A DNA stretch of 64,000 bases, taken from positions 1 through 64,000 of the forward strand of contig NIVC01003852.1 of the NCBI GenBank assembly GCA_002269645.1, given 5' to 3'. Source of the stretch: Macrostomum lignano (Eukaryota). The position numbers and the translations under genes are program-made. The notes beneath the pieces were generated by a model that did no database searches, had not been told where the DNA came from, and saw only the letters and a program-made list of their open reading frames with translations. Positions 13,406 to 30,300 of the stretch are shown here, piece by piece. Position 1 is the stretch's first letter. Each line of letters opens with the position of its first letter.

Positions 13406-13812
13406 CCTGAATTCCCATGGCTCCGAGTTCCCATGGCTCCCCAGCAGATCTCGGGGATCCACCTGAGACAGAGGATGCGTTTCCTTAAATCTTTATTTTC
13501 GGTTTTAAAGCCCACTTGAGCACGGCTTTGAGTCTGTTGGAAAGAAGACACTGGCAGACTGACAGAAGCACGAGCAGCCACTCCAGTTTGAATTTGAATC
13601 GTTTGGCATTCGGCTCGCTGCACCCTGTCACAAAATGGGACGGGTTGGACCGGTTGTCGCTGGCAGCTGGCGGGCTTTCGTCCCGTAGAGGCGGCCTCAT
13701 CCGGATGCTCCATCGAGTTGAACTGACAGAGCGATTGAAATTCGTGAAAATTGAAATCTTTTTTTGCCCGACACTGAAAAAAGTTGATTGACAAATCCCT
13801 AATCCCACCCAG

Positions 13813-18762
<4,950 letters not shown>

Positions 18763-18779
18763 CCGGCGGCCATGGTTCA

Positions 18780-19535
18780 AGGACAGATAGGAGTTCCTGC
18801 AGGAACAGCTAAGAATTCCAAGGACAGCTAGGAGTTCCAAGGACAGCTAATAGTTCCAAGCACAGCTAGGAGTTCCAAGCACAGCTAGGAGTTCCAAGCA
18901 CAGCTAGGAGTTCCAAGCACAGATAGGAGTTCCAAGCACAGCTAGGAGTTCCAAGCACAGCTAGGAGTTCCAAGCACAGCTAGGAGTTCCAAGCACAGAT
19001 AGGAGTTCCAAGCACAGATAGGAGTTCCAAGCACAGCTAGGAGTTCCAAGCACAGATAGGAGTTCCAAGCACAGCTAATAGTTCCAAGCACAGCTAGGAG
19101 TTCCAAGGACAGCTAATAGTTCCAAGCACAGCTAATAGTTCCAAGCACAGCTAGGAGTTCCAAGCACAGATAGGAGTTCCAAGGACAGCTAATAGTTCCA
19201 AGCACAGCTAGGAGTTCCAAGCACAGATAGGAGTTCCAAGGACAGCTAATAGTTCCAAGCACAGCTAATAGTTCCAAGGACAGCTAGGAGTTCCAAGCAC
19301 AGCTAGGAGTTCCAAGCACAGCTAATAGTTCCAAGGACAGCTAATAGTTCCAAGCACAGCTAATAGTTCCAAGGACAGCTAATAGTTCCAAACACAGCTA
19401 AGAGTTCCAAGGACAGATAGGAGTTCCAAGGACAGATAGGAGTTCCAAGGACAGCTAAGAATTCCAAGGACAGCTAGGAGTTCCAAGGACAGCTAGGAGT
19501 TCCAAGGACAGCTAGGAGTTCCAAAGAAAGCTAGG
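18780..19535. repeat. Minisatellite, 19-bp unit (agctaggagttccaagcac)
   Basis: Starts ~20 nt after the nAChR stop; period 19. Confidence 0.93.
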
Positions 19536-19934
19536 AGCCATAAAAAACAGATATTTGACATTTATGATGCAAATTGCGGAAAATTGCGCAAACAGAAATC
19601 CAAAAAAATTACGCTTTTATGTTGTCTCTGATCACCTGTAGCGGTGTACTGCTTTGTATCTTCCTGCGCGATTTGTTCAGCGTGATTACCAATTTATTCT
19701 ATTCAAATCAAGTTGAACGAATTGTACTCGGAAATATAACTTGAAACCATTGCAATATTGCAATAAAAACATTGAAATTTTAATCAGCCTATAACTTTCG
19801 TGCTGAAGACACACTAGCTTGTACTAACCAAATCGGCATAAGTAGTGCTGTAAGCAAACTTTTCCCAATGGGGTCCCCATTAATTATTGCAAGATTTTGA
19901 GATGTACAAGCTTTGAGATTGGAGCTTGTGATGT

Positions 19935-20940
19935 GTGTGATCAGAGCTTGTGGTTTGTGATCGGAGCTTGTGAATTGTGATCGCCGATTGTGGTTTGTGA
20001 TCAGAGATTGTGGTTTGTGATCAGAGATTGTGGCTTGTGATCAGAGATTGTGGCTTGTGATCAGAGATTGTGGTTTGTGATCAGAGATTGTGGCTTGTGA
20101 TCAGAGATTGTGGTTTGTGATCAGAGATTGTGGTTTGTGATCAGAGATTGTGGTTTGTGATCAGAGATTGTGGTTTGTGATCAGAGATTGTGGTTTGTGA
20201 TCAGAGATTGTGGTTTGTGATCAGAGATTGTGGTTTGTGATAAGAGATTGTGGTTTGTGATCAGAGATTGTGGTTTGTGATCAGAGATTGTGGTTTGTGA
20301 TCAGAGATTGTGGTTTGTGATCAGAGATTGTGGTTTGTGATCAGAGATTGTGGTTTGTGATCAGAGATTGTGGCTTGTGATCGGAGCTTGTGGTTTGTGA
20401 TCGAAGCTTGTGGTTTGTGATCAGAGATTGTGGTTTGTGATCGGAGCTTGTGGCTTGTGATCGGAGCTTGTGGTTTGTGATCGAAGCTTGTGGTTTGTGA
20501 TCAGAGATTGTGGTTTGTGATCAGAGATTGTGGTTTGTGATCAGAGATTGTGGCTTCTGATCAGAGATTGTGGTTTGTGATCAGAGATTGTGGTTTGTGA
20601 TAAGAGATTGTGGTTTGTGATCAGAGATTGTGGTTTGTGATCAGAGATTGTGGTTTGTGATCAGAGATTGTGGTTTGTGATCAGAGATTGTGGTTTGTGA
20701 TCAGAGATTGTGGTTTGTGATCAGAGATTGTGGTTTGTGATCAGAGATTGTGGCTTGTGATCAGAGATTGTGGTTTGTGATCAGAGATTGTGGTTTGTGA
20801 TCAGAGATTGTGGTTTGTGATCAGAGATTGTGGTTTGTGATCAGAGATTGTGGCTTGTGATCAGAGATTGTGGTTTGTGATCAGAGATTGTGGTTTGTGA
20901 TCAGAGATTGTGGTTTGTGATCAGAGATTGTGGTTTATGA
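19935..20940. repeat. Minisatellite, 20-bp unit (tcagagattgtggtttgtga), ~50 copies
   Basis: Direct tandem periodicity. Confidence 0.97.
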
Positions 20941-21063
20941 TCAATCATGCAGATACTCGTATGCTAAGTACATCTGTCCTGGCGTCTACAGTAACATGCA
21001 CCTGCGGTTTGCTCTCATTTAGCGTAATTTAGTCGAAACTGCTCAGCCAGATGATGTAGGCAA

Positions 21064-21123
21064 CCCGCCATTTTATGGCCATAATCAGAGTCACGTGATC
21101 CGGGATCCGTCAGGTCACGTGAC
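21064..21123. promoter_or_regulatory. Promoter-like motif cluster: YY1-type CCGCCATTTT plus two GTCACGTGA E-boxes
   Basis: ccgccatttt at ~21065, gtcacgtga at 21090-21098, gtcacgtgac at 21114-21123. Function inferred from motif similarity only. Confidence 0.35.
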
Positions 21124-21802
21124 TGTGTCTCAGCGCAGCGCAATTGAACTACACGAAGGCTTATCCGATGCCAAAGTGTTTGATGACAAAGGCGAACTCA
21201 AGGAAATAACATTATGATTGATACGATTATATTTTTAATCAAGCAAAATTGACCCAAAGTACAGTAAAAAAGTGCGCGCGCAGATCAGAGAAAGTGAGCG
21301 AGAACGCCTTGGCGCAATACTTACTGTAGGTGAGTAATAAGTTAATTAATTAGTTTAACTTAGCAAAGCTTACCGAGCCAAGCGAACATTGATTACGGGC
21401 AAGTACAGAGTAGAAATGGCTAACAAAGGGGTTATAATGAAGCAGAGAAACATCAGAAAAGCTGCTTGTGTTGCCAGGCGATCAGAAATTCATCAAGGTC
21501 GGCTTTGGAAAAAAATTTGCGCGTTTTACGCTACTATGAGTAGGCGAGTTCAAACAGTTTTATTTAACACAAGGGCCACTCCGCAATCAAGCTACTGACA
21601 TTGAAACTTTTCAGTAGTTTTTGAGGACATTAACACTATATTTCTTAGAGCGCAGCAACTAACTACAAAGAACCCAACCTCCAATTTTCTCATTTCTCAA
21701 TTGGCAACGATGTGCATGTTATACTACTGAAAAGCTACTGACCTCTCTTCCACAAGTCTCAAATTTTGTCCTAAATTTTCGGCATTACAAGAAACCCGCA
21801 GG

Positions 21803-22312
21803 CTACTCAGTGGCCTCCCGCTTGGACGGCGGGCAGATGAGCACCGGCCTGTAGGCGTGGTGCAGCACGTAGTCGCTCACGGAGCCCAGGAAGGTGCGCC
21901 GCAGGGTGCCGAGGCCGCGGCTGCCCATCACCACCAGGTCCGCCTCGTGCTCCTCGGCCGCTTGCACGATGGCCTCGCCAGGCTCGCCGGACACATTCAC
22001 GAAGGAGAACTTCTTGATGCCCAGCTGGTGGCAGGCGTCCTTCCAGCGCTGCTTGAGCCGCTCAGCCTCCGCCAGCTGCTCCTCCATCAGCTCCGTGTGC
22101 CGCTTCAAGAAGTTGTCGCTGACGCTCAGCGCCACCGGCTGGCTTGGCGGCTCCACGGCGTGGACAAGCAGCAGGACGTCCGTGGGCTGGCGCACCTGCT
22201 TCAGGTACATGTCGAATGCGCGCTTGCAGTGCGGCGAGCTGTCCACCGCCAGCAGCACCACCTTCATGGACTTCTCCGCTGCGCCAGCGGTCTCGGCTGC
22301 AGGGCTGGACAT
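21803..22312 (-). CDS. Universal stress protein (USP/UspA-like), single coding exon, 169 aa
   Basis: VVLLAVDSSPHCKRAF, LLLVHAVEP, GEPGEAIVQAAEEHEADLVVMGSRGLGTLRRTFLGSVSDYVLHHAYRPVLIC. ATG in gccgccATG context, with a cag acceptor 9 nt upstream. Confidence 0.95.
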   Translation of the reverse strand: MSSPAAETAGAAEKSMKVVLLAVDSSPHCKRAFDMYLKQVRQPTDVLLLVHAVEPPSQPVALSVSDNFLKRHTELMEEQLAEAERLKQRWKDACHQLGIKKFSFVNVSGEPGEAIVQAAEEHEADLVVMGSRGLGTLRRTFLGSVSDYVLHHAYRPVLICPPSKREATE

Positions 22313-22324
22313 GGCGGCGCGCTG

Positions 22325-22815
22325 TGGCATGAATGGCAGGATGGCAAATGGAATAGGAGGATGGGAAATGAATGGCAGGATGGCAAATGGAATGGCAGGA
22401 TGGCAAATGGAATGGCAGGATGGCAAATGGAATGACAGGATGGGAAATGGAATGACAGGATGGGAAATGGAATGACAGGATGGGAAATGGAATGACAGGA
22501 TGGGAAATGGAACGGCAGGATGGCAAATGGAATGACAGGATGGGAAATAAAATGGCAGGATAGGAAATGGAATTACAGGATGGGAAATGGAATTACAGGA
22601 TGGGAAATGGAATTACAGGATGGGAAATGGAATGGCAGGATGGGAAATGGAATTACAGGATGGGAAATGGAATGACAGGATGGGAAATGGAATGGCAGGA
22701 TGGGAAATGGAATGGCAGGATGGGAAATGGAATGGCAGGATGGGAAATGGAATGACAGGATGGGAAATGGAATGGCAGGATGGGAAATGGAATGACAGGG
22801 TGGGAAATGGAATGG
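22325..22815. repeat. Minisatellite, 20-bp unit (ggatgggaaatggaatgaca)
   Basis: Tandem array immediately upstream of the USP start. Confidence 0.93.
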
Positions 22816-23494
22816 CCAGTTGAAAAATGAACTGAGAGCAATCAGCACAGATAAGACACGCTAGGCTGTGCAGCGGTAGGGTTAAAGCCAGATAAGAGAA
22901 TTCGTATCTTAAAATTCGCCAAGATAACAGACGGCCCCTCCAAGCTGAGCAGCTCAGCTAATCATTGGGACTCTTATCTAGAAAACAGCTTAGCGAAAGC
23001 AGTTCAGCTGCATGAGAAAGAATTTCACCAAGGCCGACCCGAAAGTTCAAAGAAAACTTTGCAACCTTTCAAGTTCTCACAAATAGCAATAAAACCACAA
23101 GCAATTCTTTGTACTTTTGCTAATTGATTATTGATTTTAAAAATTGAAATTCCGGCTACAAAGCTTGAAAATGATAGACACAGAAAGTCAGTTGCGTTAA
23201 GCGTGGCATGACTCTGCCGCACCATGGGCAGGTAAGGTAGGCATTGAGTAGCAGGGTGCGCCGACAGGCACCCAGGAAGCACATGCGGTGTAAACAATGG
23301 GATAAAAAAGTGCAAAACAGGCATGCGGCCGAGTAGAGTTCGAGTGTACGAACAGTGTTGCCACTGATAAAACATCTGCAGTACAAACGCCTGATAGTGT
23401 CTGTAAAAAGCTAATTAACAGAGCAAATAAAATACTTATTGACAGTATTGAAGATAGAAATGAGCGAGCAGTGGTTGCGCCAGTACAGGCTTGG

Positions 23495-23965
23495 TTTGGG
23501 ATTCGAGCTCATCTAACCGAGGATTCGAGCTTAGCTAACTTGGGGATTCGAGCTCAGATAACTTGGGGATTCGAGCTCAGATAACTTGGGGATTCGAGCT
23601 CAGATAACTTGGGGATTCGAGCTCAGCTAACATGGAGATTCGAGCTCAGCTAACATGGGGATTCGAGCTCAGCTAACATGGGGATTCGAGCTCAGCTAAC
23701 ATGGGGATTCGAGCTCAGCTAACATGGGGATTCGAGCTCAGCTAACATGGGGATTCGAGCTCAGCTAACATGGAGATTCGAGCTCAGCTAACATGGGGAT
23801 TCGAGCTCAGCTAACTTGGGGATTCGAGCTCAGATAACTTGGAGATTCGAGCTCAGATAACTTGGGGATTCGAGCTCAGCTAACTTGGGGATTCGAGCTC
23901 AGATAACTTGGAGATTCGAGCTCAGATAACATGGGGATTCGAGTTTTAACATGGGGATTCGAGTC
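23495..23965. repeat. Minisatellite, 23-bp unit (ggggattcgagctcagctaacat), ~20 copies
   Basis: Tandem array directly after the SUFU stop (minus strand). Confidence 0.93.
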
Positions 23966-25760
23966 TCAAATCGGAGAGTCGGGCGGCGGGTCGGGCAGAG
24001 TGGCGCCGGGCCCATGGACGGTGATGGCGAGGCCCTTGGACTCCCAGCGGAAGCAGCGCGGCCACTCCTGCCGGTCTGGCGGCAGCCGCAGGCAGTGCAT
24101 TTCGTAGTCCATCTGCTCCAGCAGCTCGTCCGAGATCAGCGCGTGCAGCCACAGGCCTCTGGCCGCGTACGGAAGCTCCTCCGTCACCACGACGCCGCGG
24201 ACGGCGCTGGGCACCAGGGAAACGGCGTGGCCGCCGCCGCCGGCCGACACGAGGGTGAAATGGCGGCCTTTGCGGAGCCGCGACTCCAGCGCGTCAGGCA
24301 GCGCCAGGCCGGCCTCGTGCGACACGTGGATGTGCGGCCGGGACACCGTGGTCACCTCGGCGGCGCCACCGGATGGCCCGTCCTCGTCCAGCCACATCAG
24401 GCGGCACGTGACCGCCGCCAGGCCGCTGCCGTGCTGCTCCTGGGAGAAGAAAACCGGGATGGCTGGCTTTGAGATCTGGGACGCGGGATTTGGCACGTTG
24501 TGTTTGGCATCTGAGACATGGGATGCTGGCTTTGGGATCTGGGATGCTGGCTTTGGGATCTGGGATGCTGGCTTTGGGATCTGGGATGCTGGCTTTGGGA
24601 TCTGGGATGCTGGCTTTTGGATCTGGGATGCTGGCTTTCGGATCCGGGGTCCGGATTCTTAGGCATCTGGAATGCTGGCTTTGGGATCCGGGTTGCTATC
24701 TTAGGCATCTGGAATGCTGACTTTGGGATCCGGGTTGCTATCTTAGGGATCTGGTATGCTGGCTTTGGGATCCGGGTTGCTATCTTAGGGATCTGGGATG
24801 CTGACTTTGGGATCTGGGATGCTGACTTTGGGATCTGGGATGCTGGCGTTGGGATCCGGATTGCTATTTTAGGGATCTGGGACTGGGATGCTGACTTTGG
24901 GATCTGGGAGGCTGACTTTGGGATCCGGATTGCTATCTTAGGGATCTCGGATCTACAGCAGAGACATTGTCAATGATGATAGAAATAAGACAAGCAGGAA
25001 GTCAGTCGCCACAGACCTGCTGATCGCGCACCATCTCGCGCAGCTCGGGGTGCAGGTCGAACAGGGACTCGCCCCGGCGCATGTCAGTGACGATGGGCAG
25101 CATGCTGGCGATGGCCGGCACAGACCAGGCCTGGGCGGCCGCCAGCTCGTCCGCAGTTGCTCCGAGCAGCAGGGGGAAGCGGACGCTGCCCAGCGGGCCC
25201 TGGGCGCAGGGCGGCAGGCGCGGGTCGGAGGCCAGCAGCAGGTGCTGCAGCCGGGAATCGCGGCTGCCGTCAAGCGGGCCGGGCCAGGGCACGAAGTCGC
25301 CGGCGCTGATGAGGCAGCCGGTGGCGAACACGTAGCGGGCCAGCGACTGCAGCAGGCGGGCCGCCCACTGCGGCGGCGGCGAGATCGGGTCCTCGCGGCG
25401 CACCCGGAACGACAGCTCGAAGCCGAAGCCGGAGGCGTCGCCGGGCCCGGCTGCCCGCTCGTGGACGCGGCCGTCGCCATGGAGGTCGGAGAGGCCGGCG
25501 GTGACGAAGTGCCAGTGCGGTGACACCTCGGAATCGCCCGGGTGGGCGAAGGCGAGCACGCAGTCCAGCGGGTCGGGGCCGCCCTGCCAGTACTTGAGCA
25601 CAGAGTAAAAGTGCAGCGGGCAGGTCTGGCTGGGGTAGAGCGCCAGGCAGGTTGTGCGCAGCAGCTCAAGGCCGGGCGGAACGGCCTCGTCTGGCGCCGC
25701 GACTGGCGCCGCGACTGGCGCTGCGACTGGGGCTGCGGCCGACTGCTGCGGGAGCGAGAG
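23966..25760 (-). CDS. SUFU: Suppressor of fused homolog (Hedgehog pathway)
   Basis: Exon ~25760-25017 gives PPGL...LYPSQ..PL....LKYWQGGPDPLD, HWHFVTAGLSDLHGDGRVH, SGFGFELSFR, LARYVF and TDMRRGESLF. Exon 24439-23966 gives GSGLAAVTCRLMW, RLRKGRHFT and TEELPYAARGLWL. The start may be a micro-exon ATGTCTG at 26737-26731, upstream of the 37-bp array (uncertain). Confidence 0.93.
24515..24950. repeat. Intronic minisatellite, 21-bp unit (gggatctgggatgctggcttt) with variants
   Basis: Inside SUFU intron 24440-25016. Confidence 0.9.
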
Positions 25761-25764
25761 TCGG

Positions 25765-26726
25765 GAGCTGAATCTCAGGTGCCAGTTGCTGGGGGATCTG
25801 GGAGCTCAATCTCAGGTGCCAGTTGCTGGGGGATCTGGGAGCTCAATCTCAGGTGCCAGTTGCTGGGGGATCTGGGAGCTGCATCTCAGGTGCCAGTTGC
25901 TGGGGGATCTGGGAGCTGCATCTCAGGTGCCAGTTGCTGGGGGATCTGGGAGCTGCATCTCAGGTGCCAGTTGCTGGGGGATCTGGGAGCTCAATCTCAG
26001 GTGCCAGTTGCTGGGGGATCTGGGAGCTCAATCTCAGGTGCCAGTTGCTGGGGGATCTGGGAGCTCAATCTCAGGTGCCAGTTGCTGGGGGATCTGGGAG
26101 CTCAATCTCAGGTGCCAGTTGCTGGGGGATCTGGGAGCTCAATCTCAGGTGCCAGTTGCTGGGGGATCTGGGAGCTCAATCTCAGGTGCCAGTTGCTGGG
26201 GGATCTGGGAGCTCAATCTCAGGTGCCAGTTGCTGGGGGATCTGGGAGCTCAATCTCAGGTGCCAGTTGCTGGGGGATCTGGGAGCTCAATCTCAGGTGC
26301 CAGTTGCTGGGGGATCTGGGAGCTCAATCTCAGGTGCCAGTTGCTGGGGGATCTGGGAGCTCAATCTCAGGTGCCAGTTGCTGGGGGATCTGGGAGCTCA
26401 ATCTCAGGTGCCAGTTGCTGGGGGATCTGGGAGCTCAATCTCAGGTGCCAGTTGCTGGGGGATCTGGGAGCTCAATCTCAGGTGCCAGTTGCTGGGGGAT
26501 CTGGGAGCTCAATCTCAGGTGCCAGTTGCTGGGGGATCTGGGAGCTCAATCTCAGGTGCCAGTTGCTGGGGGATCTGGGAGCTCAATCTCAGGTGCCAGT
26601 TGCTGGGGGATCTGGGAGCTCAATCTCAGGTGCCAGTTGCTGGGGGATCTGGGAGCTCAATCTCAGGTGCCAGTTGCTGGGGGATCTGGGAGCTCAATCT
26701 CAGGTGCCAGTTGCTGGGGGATCTGG
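25765..26726. repeat. Minisatellite, 37-bp unit (atctgggagctcaatctcaggtgccagttgctggggg), ~26 copies
   Basis: atctggg at 25981 and 26018. Probably fills SUFU intron 1. Confidence 0.97.
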
Positions 26727-27305
26727 AAACCAGACATCTAGCGTCTCCAAAGAAACACACAAAATGAAAGAGCCAAATAATGCTGAAATGAAGAACAACA
26801 AAGAAAACAGGTATCCCAAAAGTTGTTAAGTTGTTGGATTTTATCCCGCTGGGTTGATTCGCAATGAAATTAAAAAATCGCATTAAGAATTGAAAGTGCC
26901 AGTCGATAGCAGGGAGCGGAATAATCTAATAATCAATATGCTGTGAAAATAATAAAGCTGCAAAAATACGTGCAATTTAACAATCAGCGCAATCCATACT
27001 TATAATGTCTACACTAGCTGGAATAAAAACTGCGGCGAGTCACAAATTGGTTCGAATACTCGGAGCTTGAGTCCAATCAGCCCCGGAGCTCTGAGTCTGA
27101 GAGCGCGTATGAAAGAAATGACAAATTCTATGAATATGAAGCCCAGGAGTGTCAATTAGAAGCACAGTGCAGGCATGCTAAAACAGAAAAATTACACAGG
27201 TAAACTGAATCCCAGCCTACAGTTACCGAATCCTCCGCATCCCAGCCCCATAGCAACCAGTACCCAGTATTGCGATTATTGTAATGCTCAAAGCGCCGAG
27301 CACTT

Positions 27306-30300
27306 TCACACGCTGACGCTGCCCTCACGGAAGTCGGTCTTGCCAATCAGGCAGTTCACAAGGCAGGGCGTCCCTCCGCGCGTGGCCTGCAGGGCTTCGG
27401 CGAACACCTCGGACAGGCGGCCGGCGTCCGGTTCGTCCACCAGAATGCCGCGGCAGTCGAAGGCGGACATGGCCTGGTCGTAGCGGCTGTAGCTCAGCTC
27501 GCAGCCCACGCTGCTGCCGAACAGGGGAATCTGCGAGGCGTGGGGAATGCACGAGCTTTAGCAACTGCGGGACTTCCTTCACTGCATAATGCAATTCAGC
27601 ATATCAGCCCTGCTAACTGCCCCGCTATCAGCCCTGCTAACTGCCCCGCTATCAGCCCTGCTAACTGCCCCGCTATCAGCCCTGCTAACTGCCCCGCTAT
27701 CAGCTCTGCTAACTGCCCCGCTATCAGCCCTGCTAACTGCCCAGCTATCAGCACTGCTAACTGCCCCGCTATCAGCCCTGCTAACTGCCCCGCTATCAGC
27801 ACTGCTAACTGCCCCGCTATCAGCACTGCTAACTGCCCCGCTATCAGCCCTGCTAACTGCCCCGCTATCAGCCCTGCTAACTGCCCAGCTATCAGCACTG
27901 CTAACTGCCCCGCTATCAGCCCTGCTAACTGCCCCGCTATCAGCACTGCTAACTGCCCCGCTATCAGCCCTGCTAACTGCCCCGCTATCAGCCCTGCTAA
28001 CTGCCCCGCTATCAGCCCTGCTAACTGCCCCGCTATCAGCCCTGCTAACTGCCCCGCTATCAGCCCTGCTAACTGCCCCGCTATCAGCCCTGCTAACTGC
28101 CCCGCTATCAGCCCTGCTAACTGCCCCGCTATCAGCCCTGCTAACTGCCCCGCTATCAGCACTGCTAACTGCCCCGCTATCAGCCCTGCTAACTGCCCCG
28201 CTATCAGCCCTGCTAACTGCCCCGCTATCAGCACTGCTAACTGCCCCGCTATCAGCACTGCTAACTGCCCCGCTATCAGCCCTGCTAACTGCCCCGCTAT
28301 CAGCCCTGCTAACTGCCCTGCTATCAGCCCTGCTAACTGCCCTGCTATCAGCACTGCTAACTGTCCCGCTATCAGCCCTGCCCCAAAGTCAGATACCGCA
28401 CCTGCTCCCTGGCAATTTGAGTCCAGCAGGCATCGTTGCCAACGATGCCCAACACGGGCAGCTCGTGCCGCTTGAAGGTGTCGAACTCGACCAGCGAGTA
28501 GCCCAGCGAGCCGTCGCCCCACACCACCACAATGTCGTGATCCGGCAGGCAGAGCTTGGCGCCCAGAGCAAAGCCGGCCCCGACCCCGAGGGTGCCAAAC
28601 GCGCCGGGGTCCAGCCAGCGGAGCGGCCCACGCGGCCGGAGCAGGTAGGCGGCCGAGCCGACAAAATCGCCGCCGTCGGCCACAAGGACGGTGCGGTCGG
28701 ACATGGCGGCTTCCAGCTTGGTGAGGACGTGAAGTGGATTTAATTTGCCGCTGGCGGCCAGCGGTTCCGCCGCTTTGGCCGAGTTCGACCGGGACTTGTC
28801 CGAGTCTAGTGTGCGCAGGCTGGCCAGCCAGTCCTCGGGCGGCCGGTGGCCGGCCAGGCGCTGGGCGACGCGCTCCAGCGTGGTGCCGACGTCCGCAACG
28901 ACGGCCAGGGCGGGTGTCCAGAACAGGTCGGAGTTGCGGCGCAGCTGCGCCTCGGAGCGGTTGACGGCGGCGATGCGGCTGCGGCGGCTCAGCGACCGGC
29001 CGTAGTTGAGGCGAAAGTCGCAGACGGTGCCGGCAAGCAGGACGAAGTCGGCCTCGCGCAGGGCGTCGCGACGGCAGTGGCGGAGCTGAAGGGGCAAGGA
29101 GTGATTGGATTGGAAAATTAAGTAGAGGGCGATTCTCTTCAGGGGAATTTGGGGAGGGCGATTCTCTTCAGGGGAATTTGGGGAGGGCGATTCTTTTCAG
29201 GGGAATTTGGGGTAAGCGATTCTCTTCAGGGGAATTTGGGGAGGGCGATTCTCTTTAGGGGAATTTGGGGAGGGCGATTCTCTGAAGGGGAATTTCGGGA
29301 GGGCGATTCTCTTTAGGGGAATTTCGGGAGGGCGATTCTCTTCAGGAGAATTTGGGGAGGGCGATTCTCTTTAGGGGAATTTGGGGAGGGCGATTCTCTT
29401 CAGGGGAATTTGGGGAGGGCGATTCTTTTCAGGGGAATTTGGGGAAAGCGATTCTCTTCAGGGGAATTTGGGGAGGGCGATTCTCTTTAGGGGAATTTCG
29501 GGAGGGCGATTCTCTGAAGGGGAATTTCGGGAGGGCGATTCTCTTTAGGGGAATTTCGGGAGGGCGATTCTCTTCAGGGGAATTTGGGGAGGGCGATTCT
29601 TTTCAGGGGGATTTGGGGAAAGCGATTCTCTTCAGGGGAATTAGGAGAGGGCGATTCTCTTTAGGGGAATTTCGGGAGGGCGATTCTCTCTTTAGGGGAA
29701 TTCGGGGAGGGCGATCCTCTTTAGAAGAATTCGGGGAGGGTGATTCTCTTCAGGGGAACTTTCTCGAAGGAAATTGAGAGCGGCTAGGAGGCAGTTTACC
29801 GAGATATGCAGAAAAATTATTTTCAATGGAAACTGGGGCAATCACCTGGATCTCCGAGTCCTGACCGAGCAGCCCGCGCGACATGCCGCCCAGGAAGCAG
29901 GGCAGGCCCATGGCCTCCAGGCTGGCCCGGGTGCGGTCGGCTGGCACAGGGGGCAGCACGGCCTGGCTGCCCAGCACCACCACGGGCCGCTTGGCCTGTC
30001 GGATCATGTCGGCCAGCCGGTCCACCTGGGCGTTGCTGGGCATCGGCACGACCGGCGGCAGCGGCGAGACGTCGCGTTTGCGAAACGCGTCGCCAAACAG
30101 ATTGTGAATGTAGGCGTCCACGATGAACTTGACGATGCGGGCGCTGAGTCCGGGCGCCTCCTTGACGCCGATCTCGCGGGCAACCAGGCCGATGGGGTAC
30201 AGGGTGTCGATGGGCAGCTCCACGAACACCGGGCCGGGCGTGCCGGAGTGGGCGGCCTGGATGGCGCGGCGCAGGGTCGGCACAATGTCCCGGACAGCTG

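Noticed and set aside
25542-26829. 314-399 aa plus-strand ORFs
   Set aside because: Translation of the 37-bp array, antisense to SUFU.
27540-28743. AISPANCP / LSALLTAP / AGLIAGQL repeat ORFs
   Set aside because: A 24-bp intronic array of ILVBL. Splice sites flank it in phase.
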